A stretch of DNA of 36,664 bases. Source: an uncultured Pseudomonadales bacterium (GTDB lineage: Bacteria; Patescibacteriota; Microgenomatia; UBA1400; RBG-16-45-19). Location of the stretch: positions 1 to 36,664 of the forward strand of contig CAZKMY010000002.1 in the NCBI GenBank assembly GCA_964554085.1, written 5' to 3'. This document shows, piece after piece, positions 28,263 through 36,664 of this stretch. Under the pieces are notes generated by a model that saw only the letters and a list, made by a program, of their open reading frames with translations, ran no database searches and had not been told where the DNA came from. A program made the translations under genes and the position numbers. Positions within the stretch are counted from its first letter, which is position 1. Each line of letters opens with the position of its first letter.

Positions 28263-28646
28263 ATGAAATCGCAAGCCAGTGCCTATCAAAAATTCATTCA
28301 TGAAGCTCCCCGAAAGCTTCGGCTCGTTGCTGACGCCATGAGGGGTCAAAAAGTTGAGTCTGTCCTTGATCAGCTCAAGTTCTCGCCCAAAACCGCAGCC
28401 GCTACGATGAGTAAAATTCTCACCGCTGCCAAAGCTAACGCCATCAACAATGCGGGAATTTCTCAAGAGGGATTAGTGGTAAAAAGTGTCGTTGTTGAAG
28501 AGGGTCCTCGGATTAAACGCTGGAGACCAGTTGCTCGAGGTATGGCTCACTCTATTATCAAGCGGACCAGTCACGTTCATCTCACTGTTGAAGGGACTGT
28601 CCCTGAAGTTACTAAACAATCAGACACCAAGAAAAAAGAAGGATAG
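28263..28646 (+). CDS. rplV: 50S ribosomal protein L22
   Basis: APRKLRLVADAMRG. Length is 127 aa. Confidence 0.94.
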   Translation: MKSQASAYQKFIHEAPRKLRLVADAMRGQKVESVLDQLKFSPKTAAATMSKILTAAKANAINNAGISQEGLVVKSVVVEEGPRIKRWRPVARGMAHSIIKRTSHVHLTVEGTVPEVTKQSDTKKKEG

Positions 28647-28650
28647 TTTT

Positions 28651-29307
28651 ATGGGACAAAAAGTACATCCATTTGGATTCCGTTTAGGACCACTGTATAC
28701 CTGGAAATCTCGTTGGTTTGTTGGTAACTCAGAGCAATATAAAGCACAAGTAATTGAAGATTATAAATTGCGGAATTTCCTGCACGAAAAACTAAAAACT
28801 GCCGGATTAACGGAAGTTGTTATTGAGCGGTCTATCAATACAATTACGGTTGTATTACATGTATCCCGTCCCGGTGTTGTTATTGGCCGTGGTGGTGCGA
28901 ATTTGGAACAATTGAAAAAAGACGTCTTAAACCAACTGAAAATCAAGGCAGACTCCAAAGCAACTAAAGTCGAACTTAAAGTTGAAGAAGAGAAAAATCC
29001 CGATATTCAAGCTTCCCTTATTATTGCGCGGTTGATTGATCAATTGGAACATCGGTACCCTCATCGTCGTGCCTGCATGCAGGCCATGGAAAAGGCTATT
29101 GCAGCTGGCGCAAAAGGGATTAAAATAATCCTCTCAGGACGTATTAATGGTGCAGAGATTGGTCGGACTGAAAAGTTCACCAATGGCACTGTGCCGACAC
29201 AAACGCTCCGCGCCGATATTGATTATGCCGAAAAGCCCGCACTTACCAAATCTGGGTATGTGGGCATTAAGGTTTATGTATATAAAGGTGAACGACAAAC
29301 TAATTAA
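28651..29307 (+). CDS. rpsC: 30S ribosomal protein S3
   Basis: ATG 28651 begins MGQKVHPFGFRLG and is preceded by the SD GAAGGA. The track's start at 28486 would overlap rplV. Confidence 0.96.
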   Translation: MGQKVHPFGFRLGPLYTWKSRWFVGNSEQYKAQVIEDYKLRNFLHEKLKTAGLTEVVIERSINTITVVLHVSRPGVVIGRGGANLEQLKKDVLNQLKIKADSKATKVELKVEEEKNPDIQASLIIARLIDQLEHRYPHRRACMQAMEKAIAAGAKGIKIILSGRINGAEIGRTEKFTNGTVPTQTLRADIDYAEKPALTKSGYVGIKVYVYKGERQTN

Positions 29308-29317
29308 GTCACTAGAT

Positions 29318-29429
29318 ACAAGTTACAAGAAATAAGATTAACGAAGGAGCAAGCAAAAAAAACATAACAAGATCATTTAACAACAAGTAATAACTTGTGT
29401 CTTGTATCTTGTCGCTTGTTACTACACAT
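29318..29429 (+). repeat. Heptad ACAAG/CTTGT element filling the 122-nt rpsC-rplP spacer
   Basis: ACAAG occurs at 29318 and 29325, a degenerate ATAAG at 29332, and further ACAAG at 29367 and 29383. After the loop TAATAA, CTTGT occurs at 29394, 29401, 29408 and 29415 in exact 7-nt phase, then TACTACACAT and ATG 29430. Confidence 0.85.
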
Positions 29430-29834
29430 ATGATGCAGCCTAAACGCAGAAAATACCGAAAAGAATTCAGAGGCTCCCGAAATGGTAAAGCCACTCGGGG
29501 TGTCAATGTCAATTTTGGTGATTTTGGTCTTCAAGCACTTTCACCAGCTTGGTTAACTGCCCGGCAAATTGAAGCTGCCCGCAAAACCATCGCTCACGAA
29601 ACCAAACGCGCGGGTAAATTATGGATTCGCATCTTCCCAGACAAGCCCACCACGCACAAACCAGCCGGTGTGAAAATGGGTGGTGGAAAAGGTGATATTG
29701 AAGAATATGTAGCAGTTGTTAAACCTGGACGGATTATCTTTGAGCTTGGAGGATTGTCTCTCGAAGCTGCCAAAGAAGCTTTCCGTAAAGCGGGCCATAA
29801 GTTGCCGTTTGGCACCAAAATGGTTGAACGGTAA
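29430..29834 (+). CDS. rplP: 50S ribosomal protein L16
   Basis: [15 protein letters not shown] matches the canonical L16 N-terminus. The track's GTG start at 29397 lies inside the repeat. There is no SD. Confidence 0.95.
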   Translation: MMQPKRRKYRKEFRGSRNGKATRGVNVNFGDFGLQALSPAWLTARQIEAARKTIAHETKRAGKLWIRIFPDKPTTHKPAGVKMGGGKGDIEEYVAVVKPGRIIFELGGLSLEAAKEAFRKAGHKLPFGTKMVER

Positions 29835-29853
29835 CTAATAAGGACCAATATTT

Positions 29854-30084
29854 ATGAAACATGAAGACCTCGTCAAACATCAAAGTCAATCAGTCGCCGA
29901 ATTGCAGGCTGAAATTAAGAAATTGGAAACTCAATTAATTGAGGTATCCATGAAACGTGAGTTGGGTCAGCAAAAAAATGTCCGACAGGGTAAAACCATC
30001 CGTCAAGACATTGCTCGCTTAAAAACTATTATTCGCATCAACGAATTACGGGAGCAGTCAAAGACTGCCGTGGAGACCAAGTAA
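29854..30084 (+). CDS. rpmC: 50S ribosomal protein L29
   Basis: A 76-aa helical protein at the position between rplP and rpsQ. Confidence 0.9.
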   Translation: MKHEDLVKHQSQSVAELQAEIKKLETQLIEVSMKRELGQQKNVRQGKTIRQDIARLKTIIRINELREQSKTAVETK

Positions 30085-30344
30085 TGAAAATGTTAACAGG
30101 CATTGTCGTATCAGACAAAATGATGAAATCAGCAGCAGTGGAAGTGGAACACATGTGGACTCATCCCAAGTACATGAAAACCATTCGAAAAACCAAAAAA
30201 TACATTGTGAACAATGAAGTCGGGGCTCATAAGGGTGATAAGGTTGAATTAACCGAAATCAAACCCATGTCTCGCCTAAAACACTTTTCGATTACCAAAA
30301 TTATTGAGGCCGCCCGGGTCATCGTTGAAGGGGCTGCTAAGTAG
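30084..30344 (+). CDS. rpsQ: 30S ribosomal protein S17
   Basis: LTGIVVSDKMMKSAAVEVE. The start overlaps the rpmC stop by 1 nt. Confidence 0.93.
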   Translation: MKMLTGIVVSDKMMKSAAVEVEHMWTHPKYMKTIRKTKKYIVNNEVGAHKGDKVELTEIKPMSRLKHFSITKIIEAARVIVEGAAK

Positions 30345-30362
30345 CTATAAAAGAGAAAACGT

Positions 30363-30737
30363 ATGTTGCAACTCAGAACCGTCCTTATTCCTGCAGACAA
30401 TAGTGGCGCCAAAAAGCTCCGCCTCATCGTGATTCATGGTGGATCACGCCGGAAATTTGGATATGTTGGTGATATCATTACCGCTTCTGTCGTCCAATCT
30501 GATCCTCATGGTCAAGTTAAAGCTGGTGAAGTGGTAAAAGCGGTCATCGTTCGCACCAAGAAAGAAACTCGCCGTGCCGATGGGAGCTATATTCGCTTTG
30601 ACGATAATGCGGCTGTCATTATTGACACCATTGCCAACAAAAATCCCCGTGGAACTCGTATTTTTGGGCCCATTGCCCGTGAAGTAAAAGACGCTGGATT
30701 TGCTAAAATTGCATCCCTTGCACCGGAGGTACTCTAA
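30363..30737 (+). CDS. rplN: 50S ribosomal protein L14
   Basis: ADNSGAKK...IRFDDNAAV. Confidence 0.96.
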   Translation: MLQLRTVLIPADNSGAKKLRLIVIHGGSRRKFGYVGDIITASVVQSDPHGQVKAGEVVKAVIVRTKKETRRADGSYIRFDDNAAVIIDTIANKNPRGTRIFGPIAREVKDAGFAKIASLAPEVL

Positions 30738-30739
30738 CC

Positions 30740-31051
30740 ATGAAACTACGATTAAATGACATGATTACCGTCATTGCTGGTAAAGACAAAGGCAAGACAG
30801 GTAAGATCACCAAGATCTTACAAAAAGAAAACAAAGTAATTGTTGCAGGCATCAATAAATATAAACGCCATATGAAACGCCGTGATGCTCAAAATCCCGG
30901 TGGAGTCATTGAAATTGAGCGACCCATTGATGTTTCCAAAGTGATGGTTATGGTTGGTGATAAAGCAACCCGGATCGGTTATACCGTCACCAAGACAGGT
31001 GATAAAGTCCGCCTCGCAAAAAAGACGGGAGAACCAGTCGATAAAAAATAG
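30740..31051 (+). CDS. rplX: 50S ribosomal protein L24
   Basis: VIAGKDKGKTGKI (KOW motif). Confidence 0.94.
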   Translation: MKLRLNDMITVIAGKDKGKTGKITKILQKENKVIVAGINKYKRHMKRRDAQNPGGVIEIERPIDVSKVMVMVGDKATRIGYTVTKTGDKVRLAKKTGEPVDKK

Positions 31052-31072
31052 ACTTTAAGTGAATCAAGAAAT

Positions 31073-31627
31073 ATGAACCGCATACAACAACACATCAAAG
31101 AAACAGTTATTCCTGCACTTCAAAAAGAATTGAAGGTGGAAAATCGGATGGCTGTGCCAAATTTCGAAAAAATCGTCATCAATGTTGGTATCACCGAAGA
31201 TCAACATCAGGCAGAAGCCTTAAAGAGTATGGCAGAACAACTTAAAGCCATCACAGGCCAACAACCAAAGACTTGCGCCGCCCGCAAAAGTATTGCCGGT
31301 TTCCATCTCCGTGCAGGCGATCCTATTGGCCTCAAAGTTACTCTCAGAAACGAACGTATGTATCAATTTTTAGATAAATTGATTTCCATCGTGTTGCCTC
31401 GGGTAAAAGATTTCCAAGGCGTTCCTACCACCGCATTTGATGGTCGGGGTAATTATTCCTTAGGTTTAAACGAACAGATAGTTTTTCCTGAGATAAACTA
31501 TGATAAAATCGATCGGATTCGAGGATTGCAAATTGTGATTGTAACCACAGCCAAAGATGCCAAGGTTACTCGCCGCCTCCTCGAACTTACCGGTATGCCA
31601 TTTAAAAAAGAAGACAAGCATAACTAA
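31073..31627 (+). CDS. rplE: 50S ribosomal protein L5
   Basis: [20 protein letters not shown]. Confidence 0.96.
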   Translation: MNRIQQHIKETVIPALQKELKVENRMAVPNFEKIVINVGITEDQHQAEALKSMAEQLKAITGQQPKTCAARKSIAGFHLRAGDPIGLKVTLRNERMYQFLDKLISIVLPRVKDFQGVPTTAFDGRGNYSLGLNEQIVFPEINYDKIDRIRGLQIVIVTTAKDAKVTRRLLELTGMPFKKEDKHN

Positions 31628-31635
31628 AGGAAAAT

Positions 31636-31821
31636 ATGGCTCGTAAAGTCCAAATCGAAAAATCAAACAACAAACCAAAATTTGCCACCCGCCATGTCAA
31701 TCGGTGTCAACTCTGCGGTCGCCATCATTCCTACATTGGTTATTTTGGACTATGCCGTATTTGCTTTAGAGATATGGCTCATAAAGGTGAATTACCTGGT
31801 GTAGTTAAATCAAATAACTAA
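31636..31821 (+). CDS. rpsN: 30S ribosomal protein S14, zinc-binding type Z (61 aa)
   Basis: The CxxC...CxxC arrangement (CQLCGR...CRIC) and the short 61-aa form match type Z S14. Confidence 0.95.
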   Translation: MARKVQIEKSNNKPKFATRHVNRCQLCGRHHSYIGYFGLCRICFRDMAHKGELPGVVKSNN

Positions 31822-31853
31822 TTACTAATAACTGAAACCTAAACCCTAAACAT
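31819..31853 (+). repeat. Heptad array TAATTAC-TAATAAC-TGAAACC-TAAACCC-TAAACAT abutting the rpsH start codon
   Basis: Five units in exact 7-nt phase at 31819, 31826, 31833, 31840 and 31847. The first unit contains the rpsN stop and the last ends at the base before ATG 31854. There is no SD. Confidence 0.75.
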
Positions 31854-32243
31854 ATGACTGATCCTATTGCCGATTTATTAACTCGAATCAGAAATGCCTA
31901 CGCTGCCAAGCATGACACGGTGAGTATTCCTCATTCCAATCAGAAAGAGGCAATCGTTAGAGTGCTTGCTGCTAATGGATACGTTGATGGCGTTGAAGTA
32001 GTAGGCGACAAAGCTGTCAAATCACTAAACGTTACCCTTAAATATGTTGGTAATTCACCTGCATTAACTACCATCGACCGTATATCCACTCCAGGCCGCC
32101 GAGTTTACTCAGCCGCCAAAGAGATTAAACAGGTGTTAGCCGGTAATGGTATCCGTATCATTTCTACTAATAAAGGCATCATGACTGATGCTCAAGCCAA
32201 AAGCCAAAAGCTTGGCGGTGAAGTAATTTGTAAAGTCTGGTAA
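31854..32243 (+). CDS. rpsH: 30S ribosomal protein S8
   Basis: MTDPIADLLTRIRNA. Confidence 0.96.
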   Translation: MTDPIADLLTRIRNAYAAKHDTVSIPHSNQKEAIVRVLAANGYVDGVEVVGDKAVKSLNVTLKYVGNSPALTTIDRISTPGRRVYSAAKEIKQVLAGNGIRIISTNKGIMTDAQAKSQKLGGEVICKVW

Positions 32244-32247
32244 TACT

Positions 32248-32793
32248 ATGAGTCTCATTGGTCAAACTCCTATTTCAATTCCTGATTCCGCAACCATCAC
32301 AATTGCCGGATCACAAGTTACCGTTAAAGGTCCCAAAGGGGAATTATCGATTACTATTCCTGCAGGTATTTCTGTTGCGGTAGAGGATAAAGTAATTAAA
32401 GTAGCTCGTGCAAACAACGAATTACAATCCAAAGCCAACCACGGTCTTGTCCGTAGTTTAATCAACAACATGGTTATTGGTACAACAACCGGTTTCACCA
32501 GAAAACTTGAAATGATTGGCACAGGGTATCGTGCCAAAAAGCAAGGTAATGGTCTTTCTATCTCTGCTGGATTTTCTCACTTGGTAGAATTCCCCGCTCC
32601 CGCAGGTATTACCTTAGATATGGAAACTGAAACGATTATTGTTGTCAGTGGTATCGATAAACAATTGGTGGGGGAAACCTGCGCCAAACTTCGAGCCATC
32701 CGCAAACCCGAACCATACAAGGGTAAGGGTATCCGTTATCAAGGTGAAGTTGTCCGTCGTAAGGCAGGCAAAGCCACCAAAGGTGGGGCTTAA
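32248..32793 (+). CDS. rplF: 50S ribosomal protein L6
   Basis: VTVKGPKGEL...EPYKGKGIRY. Confidence 0.96.
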   Translation: MSLIGQTPISIPDSATITIAGSQVTVKGPKGELSITIPAGISVAVEDKVIKVARANNELQSKANHGLVRSLINNMVIGTTTGFTRKLEMIGTGYRAKKQGNGLSISAGFSHLVEFPAPAGITLDMETETIIVVSGIDKQLVGETCAKLRAIRKPEPYKGKGIRYQGEVVRRKAGKATKGGA

Positions 32794-32812
32794 AGCTTAA
32801 AAAAGGTCATCT

Positions 32813-33166
32813 ATGAACACTACTAAACTAAACAAACAACGTCACAGTCGCATGGTTCGTGTCCGGCATCAAGTTCGAGGCACCACCGGGCGTCCTCGTT
32901 TACATGTCTTCCGTTCCAGCCACTACATGTACGCTCAAATCATCAACGATGAAAAAGGCGTAACGCTTGCCGCCGCTTCTGAAAAAGAATTGACCGCCTC
33001 AGGTGGAACCAAGACCGAGCGGGCGATGGAAATCGGCAAGTTAATTGCCCAAAAAGCTAAAAAAGCCAAAATTACTAAAGTTTGTTTCGATCGCGGTTTC
33101 TACAAATATCATGGCAGGGTAAAAGCCGTCGCTGAGTCAGCCCGTAGCCAAGGATTGGAGTTTTAA
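32813..33166 (+). CDS. rplR: 50S ribosomal protein L18
   Basis: RPRLHVFRSSHYMYAQIIND...FDRGFYKYHGRVKA. Confidence 0.95.
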   Translation: MNTTKLNKQRHSRMVRVRHQVRGTTGRPRLHVFRSSHYMYAQIINDEKGVTLAAASEKELTASGGTKTERAMEIGKLIAQKAKKAKITKVCFDRGFYKYHGRVKAVAESARSQGLEF

Positions 33167-33168
33167 TC

Positions 33169-33699
33169 ATGGCGCGCAATAATGCTCACAACAACAGTGG
33201 TAAATCCGAATCTCAAGAATTTCACGAGAAAATCGTCAAGATTAGCCGGGTCAGTAAAAAGACCAAGGGTGGCAATCAAGCAAGTTTTTCTGTTCTCGTT
33301 GTTGTCGGTGACAAAAAGGGGCATGTGGGCGTTGCATTAGGCAAAGCTCCTGATGTATTGTCATCCATCAAAAAAGCCGTTCGTAAAGCTAAAAAACACA
33401 TGATTGCTGTTCCTATGAAGAAGTCCACCATTCCCTTTGCCATTGATTCCAAACATGGTGGAGCTCAGATTATGTTAAAACCAGCCCCAGCAGGATCTGG
33501 AATTATCGCTGGTGGTGCCGTTCGAGCAGTCGTTGAGGCAGCTGGCATTATGAATATCGTCGGTAAATCACTTGGTTCAAACAACCAAGCTAACAATGTT
33601 CATGCCACCTTCAAAGCCTTAAAAGAAATCGAGCGATTAGTTAAAGTAAAAAATATCGACATCAAACAGGAATCAGCTGCTCCTTCCGTAGCCGCCTAA
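33169..33699 (+). CDS. rpsE: 30S ribosomal protein S5
   Basis: KISRVSKKTKGGNQASFSVLVVVGD...PAPAGSGIIAGG. Confidence 0.96.
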   Translation: MARNNAHNNSGKSESQEFHEKIVKISRVSKKTKGGNQASFSVLVVVGDKKGHVGVALGKAPDVLSSIKKAVRKAKKHMIAVPMKKSTIPFAIDSKHGGAQIMLKPAPAGSGIIAGGAVRAVVEAAGIMNIVGKSLGSNNQANNVHATFKALKEIERLVKVKNIDIKQESAAPSVAA

Positions 33700-33726
33700 T
33701 GATAGCTAGAATAACAAAGGTCAGAC

Positions 33727-34182
33727 ATGAAACTTAATGAATTAACCAAAACAACAACAACGTCCAAAAAGCGGCTTGGTCACGGATATGGATCAGGCAA
33801 AGGTGGCCACACTTCTAGTCGTGGTCAAAAAGGCCAAACATCTCGTGGAAGCTTGCCTGTTTGGTTTGAAGGTGGACAATTACCTCAAATTCGCCGTTTC
33901 CCTTTTATCAAAGGTAAAAACCGCTTTAAATCATTACATCCAGAAACCATCATTATCAGCTTAACTCAACTCAACAAGCTAGCAGCAGATACGGTGGTTG
34001 ACCTTAAAAAACTCGTTGAAAGTCGTCTCATTACTGCCAAGGATGTCGAGACAAAGCGTGTAAAAATTGTTGCCAACGGCAAACTGGAACATCCTCTGAC
34101 AGTCACTCTTCCCACATCGCAAGCTGCGGAAAAGTTAATTGTCGCAGTAGGAGGCCAAGTTACCCGTGAGCAAGCTGAGTAA
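33727..34182 (+). CDS. rplO: 50S ribosomal protein L15
   Basis: [20 protein letters not shown]. It follows rpsE directly after a 27-nt gap, so there is no room for rpmD. Confidence 0.95.
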   Translation: MKLNELTKTTTTSKKRLGHGYGSGKGGHTSSRGQKGQTSRGSLPVWFEGGQLPQIRRFPFIKGKNRFKSLHPETIIISLTQLNKLAADTVVDLKKLVESRLITAKDVETKRVKIVANGKLEHPLTVTLPTSQAAEKLIVAVGGQVTREQAE

Positions 34183-35452
34183 AATCTTTCAGGAAATCAC
34201 CCTCGTACCCGAGCTTAAGAAAAAGCTCTTGTTTACTGCCGGCATCTTTGCCGCCTACCGTTTACTCGCACATATTCCGGTTCCCGGCGTCGATTTGGTG
34301 CAAATTAAAAGTCTTTTCTTACAAAATCAACTCCTCAGTCTTTTAAATATTTTTTCGGGTGGAACATTGGCAAATTTCTCCATTGCCGCTCTCAATCTGG
34401 GACCCTATATCAACGCCTCCATCATTATCCAATTGTTAACTATGGTGTTCCCCAAGCTTGAAGCCTTGAGTAAAGAGGGGGATTCAGGCCGTGAACAACT
34501 TGACTATTACACCCGATGCATCACGATTCCTTTGGCTATCATTCAGGCCATCGGCATCTATGCGCTCCTTACCAGCCAGCACTTGATTACAATTTCCTCT
34601 CCAGTCCAGACTGTTGGTGTAATTACCACGATGGTTGCAGGCACGATGCTACTCATGTGGTTTGGTGGCCTGATTACGCAATATGGCATTGGTAATGGTA
34701 CTTCCATGCTTATTTTTGCCGGTATCGTTTCGGCTTTGCCCGTGTCCTTGTTTAAAACCCTCTCAGTGTCAGATGCGGCTCAGCTATCCAGCTTACTTAT
34801 TTTTGTTGTTATTGGTATTGCGGTTATCACCGCCATCGTCTTCATGAATGAAGCATTGCGAAAAATTCCCGTCCACTATGCCCGTCGCTTACGCGGTTCA
34901 TCCAGTTTTGGCACGCAGTCTACTCACTTACCACTGCGCTTAAATCAGGCTGGCGTAATTCCTATCATCTTCGCGGTATCCCTTGTCATGATTCCTTCAC
35001 TCGCTGGTCGTTTCTTGACCGGCTCAGGCAACGCTCAATTGGTTGCTATCGGCAATTTCTTTGCCACTCATTTCACTCCTCAATCATTGGCATACAATCT
35101 CACCTATTTCATCCTAGTCTTAGGATTTACCTATTTTTACACCGCGGTTGTCTTTGATCCTGAAAAAATTGCCGACGAAATCAAGAAAAATGGCGGTTTT
35201 GTCCCTGGCATACGTCCGGGAAAAGCTACCGTTAGTTATCTCAACTATGTCTTAATTCGTATCACCTTAATGGGAGCGATCTTTTTAGGATTAATCGCGA
35301 TTCTGCCTGCCTTGGCTCAGGTAGTTACGGGCGTCACCTCACTAACACTGGGAGGTACCGGTATTCTTATCGTGGTATCCGTCATTTTGGAGACCAGCAA
35401 GCAAGTTGAAGCACTGTTGGTGATGAAAAATTACGATCGGTTCCTGAGTTAG
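34166..35452 (+). CDS. secY: Preprotein translocase subunit SecY
   Basis: GTG 34166 lies 11 nt after the SD TAGGAGG and overlaps rplO by 17 nt. The protein has the 10-TM SecY pattern ([12 protein letters not shown]; [13 protein letters not shown]; [13 protein letters not shown]). Confidence 0.95.
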   Translation: MSKLSKIFQEITLVPELKKKLLFTAGIFAAYRLLAHIPVPGVDLVQIKSLFLQNQLLSLLNIFSGGTLANFSIAALNLGPYINASIIIQLLTMVFPKLEALSKEGDSGREQLDYYTRCITIPLAIIQAIGIYALLTSQHLITISSPVQTVGVITTMVAGTMLLMWFGGLITQYGIGNGTSMLIFAGIVSALPVSLFKTLSVSDAAQLSSLLIFVVIGIAVITAIVFMNEALRKIPVHYARRLRGSSSFGTQSTHLPLRLNQAGVIPIIFAVSLVMIPSLAGRFLTGSGNAQLVAIGNFFATHFTPQSLAYNLTYFILVLGFTYFYTAVVFDPEKIADEIKKNGGFVPGIRPGKATVSYLNYVLIRITLMGAIFLGLIAILPALAQVVTGVTSLTLGGTGILIVVSVILETSKQVEALLVMKNYDRFLS

Positions 35453-35454
35453 TT

Positions 35455-35508
35455 ACAAGCCAGAAGCGGTTCCGGTGTCCACCGGAATGACTTGTGTCTT
35501 GTAACTAC
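35455..35508 (+). repeat. Short copy of the ACAAG/CTTGT element enclosing a GC-rich hairpin, 3' of secY
   Basis: The left arm is ACAAG at 35455 and AGAAG at 35462. The inner hairpin is TTCCGGTG-tc-CACCGGAA (35470-35487). The right arm is CTTGT at 35491 and 35498, followed by AACTAC. Confidence 0.8.
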
Positions 35509-35542
35509 TATCATCATTCAAATGATTGAAAGGAATCATTCG

Positions 35543-36115
35543 ATGAAAATAATCTTAATCGGCATCCAAGGAGCCGGCAAATCAACACAAGGTAATCTCC
35601 TCCTCGAGAAGTTACGTTTACCCTACTTAAGTAGCGGTCATATTTTCCGGGAAATCTCCAAAGAAAAAACCCCCTGGGGACGATACGTCAAAGAAACGGT
35701 CAATTCTGGCGCCCTTATTCCAGATGAAAAGACCGTCAAAATTATTGAAGAATATCTTTCTAAACCCGAATACAAAAAAGGATATATCCTGGATGGATTC
35801 CCCCGCACCGTACCTCAAGCCAAAGCCTTCAGTAATGGTGTAGATATGGTGGTATATCTTGAAGTGTCAGACAAGGAAGCGCTATGGCGTCTATCCGGTC
35901 GCCGTGACGAGGGCGTACGCGAAGACAACACGCTTACCGCCATCCGCAAACGCATCGAATCATTCCACACCTTTACCATGCCGGTCCTTTCCTATTACAA
36001 GCGCAAAGGATTACTTCACTCAATTGATGGTGAAAAATCAATCCAAGATATTCATCGCGATATCATGGAACGGGTGAAAATGATTCAAGCCGCTTCCAAA
36101 TTAAACACAAAATAA
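35543..36115 (+). CDS. adk: Adenylate kinase (short-LID type)
   Basis: ATG 35543 begins MKIILIGIQGAGKSTQG (P-loop) and follows the SD GAAAGGA. It also has LDGFPRT. The LID region is only GRRDEGVREDN and has no Cys4 zinc lid. The track start at 35492 is a TTG inside the repeat. Confidence 0.9.
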   Translation: MKIILIGIQGAGKSTQGNLLLEKLRLPYLSSGHIFREISKEKTPWGRYVKETVNSGALIPDEKTVKIIEEYLSKPEYKKGYILDGFPRTVPQAKAFSNGVDMVVYLEVSDKEALWRLSGRRDEGVREDNTLTAIRKRIESFHTFTMPVLSYYKRKGLLHSIDGEKSIQDIHRDIMERVKMIQAASKLNTK

Positions 36116-36116
36116 T

Positions 36117-36664
36117 ATGTCATTCGATCCGGAATACCTGCGCATCTACCGCGAAAACGGTCGAAAAACTGCTGACATCAAAGCCAAAGCGGTTGCATTC
36201 GCCCAAAAACACTGGAATTTAGCTGATATCGACAATTATGTCGATAATCTTATCCGGGAAGCAGGTGGTGAGCCAGCATTCAAGCGGGTTCCTACCTACA
36301 AGTGGGCGACCTGTATTAGTGTGAACGATGGCTTTGTTCATGGTATTCCCAAAGGTATGTTAAAGCTGGGTGATTTAGTCACTATCGATACAGGTATGTA
36401 CTACCAGGGCACTACCAGTGACTCTGCCATCACTTTTGTGATTGGTGAACCAAACAGTGAACAGCAACATTTTATGGATGTGGGTAAAAAAACACTCAAG
36501 AAAACCATCGAAAAAGCCAAGGTCGGGAACCGAATCAAAGATCTAGCTGAAACAATTCAAAAAAACATTGAAGCAGCTGGGTACAATGTCACTCGAAATT
36601 TGACTGGTCATGGGGTGGGTAAAACCATGCACGAAGATCCACCCATTCCTTGTTTTGTATCCAA
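36117..36664 (+). CDS. map: Methionine aminopeptidase type I (3'-truncated by the window edge)
   Basis: This ORF is absent from the ORF track because no stop lies within the window. My own translation from ATG 36117 gives MSFDPEYLRIYRENGR...NDGFVHGIP...DLVTIDTG...GHGVGKTMHEDPPIP, which carries the MetAP metal-ligand motifs. The position after adk is canonical. Confidence 0.85.
   Translation, partial: MSFDPEYLRIYRENGRKTADIKAKAVAFAQKHWNLADIDNYVDNLIREAGGEPAFKRVPTYKWATCISVNDGFVHGIPKGMLKLGDLVTIDTGMYYQGTTSDSAITFVIGEPNSEQQHFMDVGKKTLKKTIEKAKVGNRIKDLAETIQKNIEAAGYNVTRNLTGHGVGKTMHEDPPIPCFVS

Noticed and set aside
33700-33726. A hidden or unannotated rpmD between rpsE and rplO
   Set aside because: The gap is only 27 nt, and no alternative-frame ORF of suitable size overlaps the neighbouring genes.

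Overview
This is a densely packed 36.7-kb segment in which every supported gene lies on the + strand. It looks like a small-genome bacterium. The Firmicutes/Terrabacteria-like gene order, the missing rpmD and the many short or trimmed proteins suggest a CPR/Patescibacteria-like lineage, but that is inference only. The genetic code is standard, since TGA acts as a stop. The first third (1-13.1 kb) holds ftsK, a RodZ-like HTH membrane protein and a low-GC membrane-anchored hypothetical. Next come three small proteins (DUF948-like, YtxH-like, coiled-coil) tightly coupled to a short alaS. A 780-aa bitopic hypothetical, a sortase and a Nudix gene then sit between alaS and ruvX-(Zn-ribbon ORF)-mltG, followed by a ZIP metal transporter. 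The rest (13.4-36.7 kb) is rpoB-rpoC-rpsL-rpsG-fusA-tuf, then the S10/spc ribosomal-protein cluster (no L30 gene, Zn-type S14), secY, adk and a map gene truncated by the window edge. I recognised no rRNA, tRNA, CRISPR, transposase or integrase. The most unusual signal is non-coding: short tandem arrays with an exact 7-nt phase, each unit a pyrimidine-rich pentamer plus a 2-nt spacer. There are two related families, CTTGTNN (usually paired with an upstream NNACAAG arm) and TRAACCC. They lie in the leaders of ftsK, the RodZ-like gene, the Nudix gene, rplP, rpsH and adk. Four of those six starts (RodZ-like, Nudix, rplP, rpsH) lack a Shine-Dalgarno, and in those four the array runs up to or within a few nt of the ATG. 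All product calls rest on motif recognition by eye; no database search was run.
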